Below, one piece after another: positions 52,745 through 64,000 of a stretch of 64,000 nucleotides of DNA. Position 1 is the stretch's first letter. Each line of letters begins with the position of its first letter. The notes beneath the pieces were generated by a model. The model was not told where the DNA came from. It saw nothing but the letters and a program-made list of their open reading frames with translations, and did not search any database. Source of the stretch: Octopus vulgaris (Eukaryota). Made by a program: the position numbers and the translations under genes. Where the stretch lies: positions 62,186,001 through 62,250,000 of the forward strand of contig OX597818.1 of NCBI GenBank assembly GCA_951406725.2, given 5' to 3'.

Positions 52745-53701
52745 AGGATTGCCAAGCGCAGAAAATAGGGTTAATGCTTCAATACGGGATTTACAAAATT
52801 GCTTTGTGCAGAGTAAGGAAAGAATACGTTTGGCAGCCAGAAATACACAAAGATGTGACCCAAACAGTAGGAGAAAAGAAAGGACAACAAAGTAAACGGA
52901 AGCAAAGAGATGGAACTACATGGCCAATACAAGCAACAAACCGAGAAAGTCGAGAGTAAAGACCGCTGGATCTGGTTGACGGATGGGAAAGGATGAAACG
53001 AGGAATAGAACGCCAGTTATTGCCGCTCAGGAAAAGCTCTTATAACAAACCTAATAAAGGCATAGATCGACAAAACTCAGTCAGGCAACAAACGCAGAAC
53101 CAGCAGGAAAGTATATGAAAGTATCATTTACTTTTTGAGCGAGTGTAGTACACTAGCACAAAAAGAAAACAAGTGCAGGTATGACTGTGAAGACAGCTTT
53201 GGGATATTAGCCGAGGGTACGATTTTAAAACAGCAGAAAAGTGGTACGAACATGAACGCGAGGTTGTGACAGAAAATGAGGATTACAAGATCCTTTAGGA
53301 TTTTTCTGTACCGAAGCAAGAAGACTGAACATGACCATAGAGGACAAAATAAACAAATAGTGTAAGCTAAGAGATTTTGCAATTCCTTATGATTGCAGAG
53401 TCGATACGAAAGAAACTGAAAAAAAAATGGGAAACACCAGGATCTAGCTAGAGAACTGAGGAGATTTTGCAAGACCGAGACAAGAATTATACCTGTAGCA
53501 ATTGGTGTACTTGGCACAACAGCCAAAATGCTATCTAAATGACTTGAAAGAGACAGGAATTGAAATTCGTATTGCCGACCTGCAGAAAAGTACCATTCTA
53601 TATTCTGCAAGATTTCTAAGGAAGATTCTTGAGGTTTAAGGAGAACTGTTGTCACCGAACCTCAAGATAGATATCTGATAACTAAATTCGCTTGGACTAG
53701 C

Positions 53702-53702
<1 letters not shown>
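52745..53702 (+). mobile_element. Old, decayed R4/Dong-like non-LTR 3' fragment
   Basis: Degenerate HGQY, IAAQE, ECSTLAQKE, KWYEHE..VTENEDYKIL and IIPVAIGVLG motifs, collinear with the next copy; ends in (TAA)n. Confidence 0.7.
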
Positions 53703-53773
<71 letters not shown>

Positions 53774-53776
<3 letters not shown>

Positions 53777-54530
53777 GTGATTTAAAACTGGAAATGGAGG
53801 CTCAAATCTGTGCTGCCCAAGAGCAAGCATTAAGAACGAATTACATCAAATACAGAATAGACAACACATCAGAAAGTGTTAAGTGCAGAATTTGTAGAGA
53901 AAATGGTGAAACCGTATAACATATTACCAGTCAATGTGCGCCACTAGTTCAGAAAGAATATAAGAGACGTCACGAGAATATAGCAAGGATTGTCAATTGG
54001 CCACTCTGCAACAAGTATGAACTTGACAGAGCAAAAAAGTGGTACGAACATAAACCCAAAGGCATCATGGAAAATGATAAGGCAAAGATCCAATGGGATT
54101 TTATGATTCAGTGAGTCCATGAGATAGAGAATAGGAAACGAGACATAGTGTTAATTGAGAAAGAAAGCAAACGATGCTGGGTCATAGATATAGCATGTCC
54201 AGCTGACAACAAGGTACGTTATAACGATAAAAGAATTGTCAATAGATATAGTAGGTTAGATTGGGAGGTTAAGCAGTTGTGGTCGTTGAAAAAGGTGGTA
54301 GTAGTCGCAATAATTGTCAGAGTACTGAGAACAGTGAGTTAAAATCTCGAGAAGTACATTGAAGAAATAGGGGCAACAATAAGATTGGATCACTTGCTGA
54401 AAATAGCACTGCTTGGAATCGCTCGAATACTCCGAATGGTGCTCGAAATACGAGTAGTGTTACTTTAGTTCACTGATAGTGAACAGCTGATGCCGTGGTA
54501 CATCTCTAGCGTTAGAAGCTTTGCAAACAT
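53774..54530 (+). mobile_element. 5'-truncated R4/Dong-like non-LTR retrotransposon (CCHC plus restriction-like endonuclease) in (TAA)n
   Basis: AAQEQALRTN..CRICRENGETV*HITSQC..YKRRHENIA..WDF..RKRDIVLIEK..VIDIACPAD..RY with in-frame stops; (TAA)n at 53703-53773 and 54533-54590. Confidence 0.88.
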
Positions 54531-54531
54531 G

Positions 54532-54591
<60 letters not shown>

Positions 54592-54823
54592 GTAAGAATG
54601 ATTATGACGATGATGATGACGACGGCGGCGTCGACGATGAAGATGATGAAGCTAATGAGAAGGATGTTGTTGTTGTTGATGATGATGATGGTGATGATGA
54701 TGATGATGTTGATGTTGATGTTGATGATGATTAAATAATGAGGATGATTAGGGTTGATGTTGATGACGATGATGCTAATGATGACGACGACAACGACGTT
54801 GATAAAGATAATGATGAGGATGT

Positions 54824-54859
<36 letters not shown>

Positions 54860-55192
54860 GGATGTTGATGATGATAATGATGATAACATGATTTAAGCTA
54901 GTAAACACCAAGTATTTGAACTAAAAGACATTGTTTTCGGACACAAGCCAGCCTTGAAACCCAACTAAGAGAAAAAAAAGTTCCAATCTTCAGAGAAGGT
55001 CACGGAAGCTACCTCAATGATATTCGTCAACAGACTCTTAAAGTCCTAGATCCTAGATAGATATGCATGGCACTACTGTTGCGTCGAAAAGTAGTTCTGC
55101 CAACTGGTTTCTATGTTTGATGTTCACCGAGAATTTTATTGGCTTCTGAGCTTCTGTCCTCAATCATTACGCTACTTACTGCTTCTGATGTG

Positions 55193-55246
<54 letters not shown>

Positions 55247-55668
55247 GTTTTTTGTTTTTGGTTTTGCTATATCTGTCAAGGCATGGTACAAGAATATGAA
55301 CGGCAATTTACTGCTGCTTGAAGTTTTAAATGTTAGTTTAGGGTTATGTTCGAAGCTGACGTGGAAAAAAAAAACAATAAATAAAGCGAAAAGTAAAAAA
55401 AAAAAACAAAAAAAAAAAAAACTGAAGACAAAAGAGCAAAAAAAAAAAATAATAATATCAAACATCAGTAAAGACAACATGGCCTCGGTTTGAAATGCCA
55501 ATCGAATTCTACGTTTGATTAACTACTTTTGTGCTATCGATTTGCTCAAACAAAAGTCCAAGGTGAGCTACTAATAGCAACAACAACAGCAACAATAAAA
55601 AAGACGTGGTTTGTAATATGATAGAAACTATACACAGTCGAGTGATTTTTGCTCCAGCGTATTACTGC

Positions 55669-55703
<35 letters not shown>

Positions 55704-56015
55704 GTATATATATATATATATATATATGTGCATATATATATATCATATATATATATATATATATGTGTATATTTATCAATCTAGGAGAGATAAAAGACTA
55801 CGTTCACCTTGGTGTCATCGAACTAGTGAGTGAACAAAATAAATCATACATAATAGAGATTGAGAAATACTATGAAAAAATCACAAAAAGGAAAGTGTAT
55901 ATATATATATATATACATGCACACACTCACACATATACATACACGCACATATATTGTAAATCACACAGTCGTATGCGTATATACATGCTTTCATAAATAC
56001 ATAATACATACATAT

Positions 56016-56065
<50 letters not shown>

Positions 56066-56415
56066 CTGCTAACTGCAAAGGCGCATTCGCATAGACATTA
56101 AAATACATAAGTCATAAGCCACATATATTCATAAATTGCAAAGCACACCGGCACACAGAAATTAATGTATCTGTCTGCGCGTGCATAAAATGTATGTCAT
56201 ATGCATATACATACGTACATACATATATATATATATATGTATGCATGTATGTGCTTATGTGTGTGTAATATCTGCATGTGTGTGCGTGTGTGCGTGTAAT
56301 ATCTTCATGCAAATGTATTCATGCATGCGTCGTATATATACGCTCATATTTATTAACACAGACACATATCTTATGCATATAAACACGAATGCTCATACTC
56401 AGGCTTCGCACGCAC

Positions 56416-56449
<34 letters not shown>

Positions 56450-56858
56450 ATATATATTTATATATATATATGTATCTATATATATAAACATATATATATA
56501 TATATATACATGCATATATATACTTGTATATATATATGGATATGTATGTACGCTTATATGTATATAATGTACATATGTATATATGTATGAATGTAAATGT
56601 GTGTCTATGCGCGCGCGTGTTTGTATACGCATGCATACATACAGAGAAATATGTATATGTATTTACTTATATGCTATTCATGTATGCGCATATATGCATA
56701 AATAATTATGCATGCGTTTATGTATACCGATATATGTACACACACACATTATATATATATCCTACACTCCCCCACAAGACTCATATATACATATATATAT
56801 ACACACACACACACATATATATATATATTAACGTATATCTATGTATGTGTATTCATAC

Positions 56859-56910
<52 letters not shown>

Positions 56911-57644
56911 TGTATATCTATGTATATATATTCATACATATATATGAGCGTGTGCGTTCGAGTTTATGCATTGTGTGGTATTCATAACGACACATCATTT
57001 CGTACATATATGAATATAATTAAAGAAATAAATGAATACATAAGTAAATAAACCTCCATAGGAGATACATTGAATATTCCAGTATTCAGTCGGCCACACG
57101 CACACACAAACACACCAACACACAACGAAGTCAGCATATAATGGCAGCCATATTTTATACATAACGAAGCCATTACGTATTGCCTATCGGCAAATGACAA
57201 TATTACTGCCGTCCCTCACCCATTGAAATCGATAGAACTGGCAACTGTCCTTTGCCCACACCACTGGACTGTAAATATAAAGAACGGAGACAGCAAGATT
57301 TATTCGCGAGGATTGTTGACCCTAATCCGCTGAACTTTGATACTGTTGTCTACACACGGATAGTGATGGTTGATGGCATAGCCACGGTTCAGTGTAGGAG
57401 GGTGTGTGTGTGTGTGTGTAGTTGTGTTTGTGTTTGTATGTATATGCGTGGTTGTGTGCCTGTGTGTGTGCGGGTGTGGGTGTGCGTGTGTGTGTTGTAT
57501 TTGTGCCTCTGTCTGTGTGTGTGTGTGTGTGTGTGTGCTTATGTTTGTATGCGTCTGTGTGTGTGTGTTTTGCAGTTTCGAAAAGTTACCGGAGAAAGGG
57601 AGAAATGCAGAATGGGGGTCTGTGGGTAGTGTGCGTGTGTAAGA

Positions 57645-57940
57645 GAGAGACGTGCAGAGAGAGGAGAGAGAGGGGAAGTGATGGAGAGAGGGGGAGAGAG
57701 GTGAGAGAGGGGAAGAGATGGGGAGAGGGGGAGAGAGGAGAGAGAGGAAACAGAGTGGGGAAGAGTGTAGGGGAGAGAAAGAAAATGAGAGACAGGCAAA
57801 CAATGACAGAGTGTAAGAAGAGAAAGAGATATTTTAAATAGAGGGGGTTAAAATGAAAACGTGGGAGAGATAGGGACATAGAGTAATAAAGAGAGACGAT
57901 GTAGAATGAGAGAAAGAGAGAGAGAGAGACGATGTAGAGT

Positions 57941-57971
<31 letters not shown>

Positions 57972-58000
57972 TGGTAGGAAGCGTGAAAGAAAAGAAGGCG

Positions 58001-58031
<31 letters not shown>

Positions 58032-58430
58032 TTGAACGATAAAGAGATAAATTGTATGTGACAGAGTGAATATGAACGAGAGAGATAAAGAAAGGGAGAT
58101 GAACGAGAGAGAGACATGTGACAGAGAGAGAGGAGTAAGAGATAGAGGTAAGAGAGAAAGTGAGGGGTAAGAGAGAGAGAGGAGTAAGAGAGAGGGATAA
58201 AGGAGGGAGAGACAGAGATGAGATATAGTAGAGATTGGTTTTCATGTGTTTTTGTATGTATGTGTATATGTTGATATAAAAAGGAGAGAGGGAGAGAGAG
58301 AGTAGGGGATAGAGAAGGAGAGAGAGAGTAGGGGATAGAGAAGGAGAGAGAGAGAAAGAGAGAAGGCGAGAAATGAAGTGATGTGGAGGAGAGAGAGAGA
58401 AGAGGTAGTGGGAGGTGGACCTGGAGAGAG
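57645..58430. repeat. GA-rich low-complexity tract
   Basis: Directly visible; source of the LSLS ORFs. Confidence 0.95.
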
Positions 58431-58672
58431 ACCTGTTTAGTGTTCGCATCTGTGTGTTTGTGTGTGAATATGTGTGTGAGCAAGCCAGGGAGAAATTGGG
58501 TTAGTGTGGCCACAAGTGTGTGTGAGTGTTTGTGTGTGTGTGTGTGTAAGTGTGATAGGAAATTGAAGGTTTAGCATGTGTTTCCCGAGATAAGGAGTCT
58601 GTAAGTACGGAGATAGGATGTATGGAGGGGGTAAAGAATGTGTCGTTTTATGTATGTATATGTAAATGCACT

Positions 58673-58719
<47 letters not shown>

Positions 58720-59367
58720 TGGGGAGCGGGAGGGAGACGATACGAAGAGAGACTGAGTGTTATATATCTGAAGTGGTGTGAAAAAAGAGACGCACGGAGA
58801 ACGAACGCATGTATTTAAGTGTAAATATTCCTCTTTCAAACAATTTATTTTCTTGTTTCATGTCATTGGGAACCGGCTTCAAGTGATTTTAGTTGACTGT
58901 ATCGAACTTTACAGAGCCCTACCAGTCAAATTGTTTGATCTAATAAAGAAACGTTATTCAGTGGACGAAATGTCATAATTTATCGCCCAGTCATTCTAGC
59001 CAATACATTCGCAAACAATTATTGCTTAGGGTATTTTGATATTTTTCAAATTTATAAACAACCTTAGTTTGCGCTGCTCTACGTGTGTATATACACTGAA
59101 TATATTATACACATCATTATTTAAATAAATGCTGATTCAGGGTCCCCACACCCATATCAGCTTGTATATCGGAACGAAAGTTGCAACTTACCTTTGAATG
59201 ACTGAATGTATTCGTGACGGAGGAGGCTAATCCACGCCGAGACTCCAGTGTCTGACGATCAATAACGTCACTTAAGAATAGTTTCTCTGAGCTAAAATAT
59301 TACTAGTACCACTCATTTATATTTGTATGTGATTATCTGTTATCTTAATCTAATAGCGTGTCAAGGC

Positions 59368-59407
<40 letters not shown>

Positions 59408-59452
59408 CTTTACACACGCACAGACACACATATATATATATACATACATACA

Positions 59453-59486
<34 letters not shown>

Positions 59487-59493
59487 CACACAG

Positions 59494-59540
<47 letters not shown>

Positions 59541-59558
59541 TATATATATATATATATA

Positions 59559-59850
59559 ATCATCATCATCATCATCATTGTTCGACCCTGGTCGAGACAA
59601 TGGAATTTACCATGTTGCGCCAGACTTCACGGTCCATCATAGCATTACGGAGGTCCTGTTGCTGGATGCCTGTATCCCTGGAGATTACATCAGGGTAGGA
59701 GAGTGTGCGCCCTCTGGTGTTGCGAGTAGATGGCTTCCAGAGGAGAAGAGTAGAAATTACTTCTTTTTCAGCTCTACAACAGTGTCCAGCAAACTGGACT
59801 CTCCTACCTTTCACAAGAGATGACACAGGTGGTAATTTCCCATATATTTG
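59559..59850 (-). mobile_element. 5'-truncated RTE-clade LINE 3' end with (TGA)n tail
   Basis: [50 protein letters not shown] is the RTE ORF2 C-terminal pattern; the stop runs into a (TGA)n tail inside (TA)n. Confidence 0.88.
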
Positions 59851-59895
59851 CATTTTAGTTGGATTAATTAGAGACAAAACCACTATTATGCAAAT

Positions 59896-59945
<50 letters not shown>

Positions 59946-60054
59946 AATACATAAAATCAGATCTGTTTAAATAAATAAGTAGACATAACATAATGTCTAA
60001 CAACTTATTAATGCTATCTCTGGATTCCCTCCATTTTCTTCTTGCCATATATAT

Positions 60055-60106
<52 letters not shown>

Positions 60107-60523
60107 TATATATATATATATATATGTGTGTGTGTTTAAGTATGTATTATTCAGTCATTTGACTGTGGCTATGCTGGGGCACCACCTTGCGGAATTTTTA
60201 GTCAAGTGAACCACGTCCAGTATATTTTTTAAGTCCAGCACTTATTCTATAGGTTTCTTGGCTGAACCACTAAGCTACAGGAATGAAAATGCACCAGCTC
60301 CGGTTGTCAAGCGGTGGTGTGGGGCAAACACATACACATACATAGATATATACGACGGGCTTCTTTCACCCACAACGTTTTGTTGTCCAGGGCCTGCAGT
60401 AGAAGACATACAAAAGGTGCCAGAAAGTGGAATGGAACTGGGAACCATGTGGTTAGGAAGCAAGCTTCTTACCTCGGAGTCACACGCATTGGATATAACA
60501 TTAGATTGAATTAACATTTATAA

Positions 60524-60920
60524 TCTTTATATATAAAAGTAAGTTTGTGTGTCTGTCTCCTACGATTTAGATTCCTAACTACTCCCACATTTTGCGGTGC
60601 AGTTTAACCAAAACCGGGTATCGTATAGTCGTGATTCATATCGAGCCCTTCTGGGTATTAGCGCACGTCTACGATGAGTCTACGATTTAAAAGAAATTTA
60701 CCATTATTTTTTTCCATTTTAATGCATTTTTTTCGCTATTATATAAGGGAAGTAACTCTCTAAAAATGTCTACGATGAGTCAACGATTTAAAAAAAAAAT
60801 TACCATCATTTTTTTTCCATTTTTAATGCATTTTTTGCTACTTTTTGGCTATAACTCTCTAAAAATGCTTATATAGTTATTTCCCTTACAAACCCGAGCA
60901 ACGCCGGGCGATACTGCTAG
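60524..60920 (+). mobile_element. Non-autonomous Helitron (same family as 2742-3136)
   Basis: A|TC...CCCGAGCAACGCCGGG...CTAG|T. Confidence 0.9.
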
Positions 60921-61153
60921 TTACATATAAACAAATAGATTGGCGTTGCACTCATGATCATAAGATTGTGGTTTCAATTCCTTATCGGGCGATGCATTGC
61001 GTTCTTGAGTAAATCATTTCATTTCCCGCAGGTAGTTCACTTACCTAGCACAGGTGAATAATTTTGCGATGCTTTTCTACATCCTTACGCTTCGTGTTGA
61101 TTTATACATGCATACATACATACATACATACATACATACATACATACATACAT

Positions 61154-61184
<31 letters not shown>

Positions 61185-63111
61185 TATATATATACATATA
61201 TACGTACATATATAAATGTAGTGGGTTTCAGAAATACATGCACAAAGACACACACACACATTTATGCGTGTGTCTCATTGTGTCTGTGTTGGTCGCTCAC
61301 TACCGCTTGACAACCGGTGTTATTACGTTTAAGTCCCTGTAACCCAGCGGCTTGGCCGAAGAGAATGATCTAAAATGTACCAAGTTTCAAAGAAGAAATA
61401 CTGTTCTTCAATCCGGTGCCCCAGCATGGCAGCAGTTTAGTAACTGGAACAAATAAAGGATAAAAGAAACGATATGCGTGTGGAAATGTTCGTGTGCAAA
61501 CGTGAGTTTGTATTTTCGCTTCTAAACTTTTCTGTATGTTTTTGTTGATAAAAGTAAGTCTTGCGGTCGGTTCATTCAACTAAAAAATTCTTCAAAGCTG
61601 GGCCCCAGAATGGCCGCAACCTAATGACAGAAACAAGTTATAGAGTAAACGAATGCATTTCCCAGTGTGTGTGCGTCTGTTCTCATGTAAGAACAGCTTG
61701 GAATTGCGTTTCTGCCGCCTTCTGATTTTCTGTGATAGTTGTTTGAAGTTAATGTGCATGTATGGGTTGATGTGTCCTTAACAGCATTAACAAATATACG
61801 GATGAGAATGCTGTATGTTTATAAATATTTATACGAGATATTTTTATGTAGAACCTTAGTTATTTACAGAAGCTCTTTTTGAGGTATTTCGGCGTATCCT
61901 TTGCGTTAGTTTTTTACGAGCGCAATTTCTGTCTGTAATTGGCCTTCATAGTTATCTCCTATCCGGCAGTTTTCTGCTTGCTGTTTATGTTTCTTCACAA
62001 AGCCTTTCATTTGCTGTTGCTAACTACCGTTAAATAATACCTCTTCTGAACTCCCTGTGTATAATATGTTTTAATCATCCCAGAATACCTGACCTTAGCT
62101 TTTTTTTTAAGGTAGCTATGATACTCTCTGGAGCTTATTTAATTTTTTTCTCCTCTGTTGAATACATATTCCCAGAGAATTTACGCATAATAATATTTTT
62201 CTCCCTTAATCTGCATCCATACCTTTATTACCAATTTTAATAATGCCGCCACAAACTATTTTTATGTCCCTCTTTCAGTTTATTTTATATAATTTATGAC
62301 GTGAGAATTGCTCGACAAATTAGTTCCCTCTCTCCTATTTCGCTATAGAATATCGATTATTTTTGCTTCTCTGATTCTTGTGCATTATTTCTTCTATTTT
62401 CGTTCCGTGTTTGGAAGGTACCCGTAATATATATTCTGTAATTATGAGAAGTTGATGGCACATCGTTCAGACCTTCTCCATTTCTGGTAAGAGTGATGCT
62501 ATGAACAGTTTCTCACAACCATTATCATTCATAGCGTAACGTAGTCAATTCTAATAACGAGAGAGAGAGAGAGAGGGGGGGGGAGAGGAAGAGAGAGAAA
62601 GAGAGAGGGGAGAGAGAAACCGACAGACAGACAGAAAGAGAAAGAGAAAGAAAAAACATAGCAGTACTAGAACTGATTTTTATTTTTTAAGCATAATTCT
62701 GCTGCTAAGTTTTGCAGTTCAGTTTCGATGTAAGGTATTTAACGAACTTGATTTTCTTTCAAAATTCATTTACCTGTTTCAAGTTAAAAATGAACACTTA
62801 CCCTTTAAACTCTGAAAGTAATTTTAATTATAGATTTAAGCAGTTATTCTTTCAAGTTTAGCCTTCACTTCCAAACGTTGTCTTCAATATATAAATGAGG
62901 GTTTTAGCTCCACTTTGTAGCCCTTATGATAAATATAAAATTTAATCCTATAGCTATCTAATGCTATTTAACGCCTGCAACCACCTATATTATTGTTGTT
63001 GCCAGTATCAATTATTTATATATACCGCAGATGATGATAACAATGGTAATATCTATATAAATATTCATATTTGAATATGTACTGCTTATTTTTATATATA
63101 TATATACATAT

Positions 63112-63182
<71 letters not shown>

Positions 63183-63186
<4 letters not shown>

Positions 63187-63330
63187 AATTTTTTGCGTAA
63201 TGAGATAAAAAAATCTCAAGGACTGTATAGATATTAGAGCATTTATAGATAGAAGGTTCTATCTATAAATGCTCTAATATCTATACAGCGTTGGTTTTTT
63301 TTTATCTCATTACACAAAGCATTCATATAT
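63183..63330. repeat. Long foldback: 32-bp perfect arms (63223-63254 / 63257-63288) with imperfect outer arms
   Basis: ctgtatagatattagagcatttatagatagaa-gg-ttctatctataaatgctctaatatctatacag. Confidence 0.97.
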
Positions 63331-63487
63331 ACACACGCTGACATAGAACCAACGTTGAACTATTTATTCGCAATATTACCGAATCTGGAACTTAACTATG
63401 GTCTGTCTATAGCACTTATTCAGCATTACCTGACACCTCTGGGTCTCAATGACACCGTTATCTCTGATATATATATATATTTTTTTT

Positions 63488-63817
63488 TGACCCCCCTTCG
63501 GTCATGAATGACCATGGGATTGCACCTAGAAAGTTACCTTCCTAGATACAAGTCCGGGCAAGGTTGTTTATGGAAGACCAGCAGTCGCCCATGCATACCA
63601 GCCTCCCCTCTCCACGCCACCAGTGTTATCCAAGGGAAAGACAAAGGTCGATACAGCTTGGCACCAGTGACGTCGCAACTCGTTTCTACAGCTGAGTGAA
63701 CTGGAGCAACGTGAAATAAAGTGCCTTGCTCGAGAACACAACACGCAGCCCGGTCCGGGATTCGAGCTCACAACCTCACGATCGTAAGCTCGACGCTCTA
63801 ACCACTGAGCCATGCGC
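63488..63817 (-). mobile_element. Full-length tRNA-derived SINE family D with A-tail
   Basis: Head GCGCATGGCTCAGTGGTTAGAGCG...GAGCTCGAATCCC; 3' end ...gaccgaagggggtc(A)n. Confidence 0.88.
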
Positions 63818-64000
63818 ATATATTAAATTAGAGATAAAACCACTATTAGGCAAATCAAGCAGTGAAAAACATAAACCAAAACATAGAAATAAAATTAATA
63901 TAATATACAAAATATATAAAATATAAAATTCAAAATCTAAATTATTATATGATATGATGCAACAAGACAACGCATGGGTGTTCAGCCTTTGCCGAATGAC

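Noticed and set aside
61620-62540. Possible decayed LINE AP-endonuclease region on the minus strand
   Set aside because: No diagnostic motif could be read with confidence.
63745-63817. tRNA-like cloverleaf heads (also at 4497, 25292, 32664, 48953)
   Set aside because: Each continues into a multicopy SINE body, so they are SINE heads rather than tRNA genes.

Overview
This is AT-rich, microsatellite-saturated eukaryotic DNA. The repeat landscape (several tRNA-derived SINE families, Penelope-like elements, Dong/R4, RTE and CR1 remnants, non-autonomous Helitrons, decayed mariner/pogo/hAT transposons) most resembles a cephalopod, probably Octopus; the organism is inferred, not verified. No intact multi-exon host gene is recognisable, and nearly all ORF-track entries are translations of (TA)n, (CA)n, (TATG)n or (GAA)n tracts. 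Main observations: (1) a ~600-bp non-coding element inside (TA)n, with 113-bp perfect terminal direct repeats and a type I hammerhead ribozyme fold (retrozyme or solo Penelope pLTR); (2) a hammerhead variant with a compensatory U3:A8 core pair just 3' of a Penelope GIY-YIG ORF that is itself fused to a CR1 fragment; (3) a 2.18-kb, TSD-flanked, ORF1-only L1/Tx1-like element inserted into a SINE tRNA head; (4) head-to-tail SINE concatemers joined at a site matching the SINE's own 3' end; (5) two adjacent frame-preserving micro-exon candidates (24 and 18 nt); (6) long near-perfect foldbacks abutting (TA)n tracts. All family assignments come from motif recognition by eye; no searches were run.
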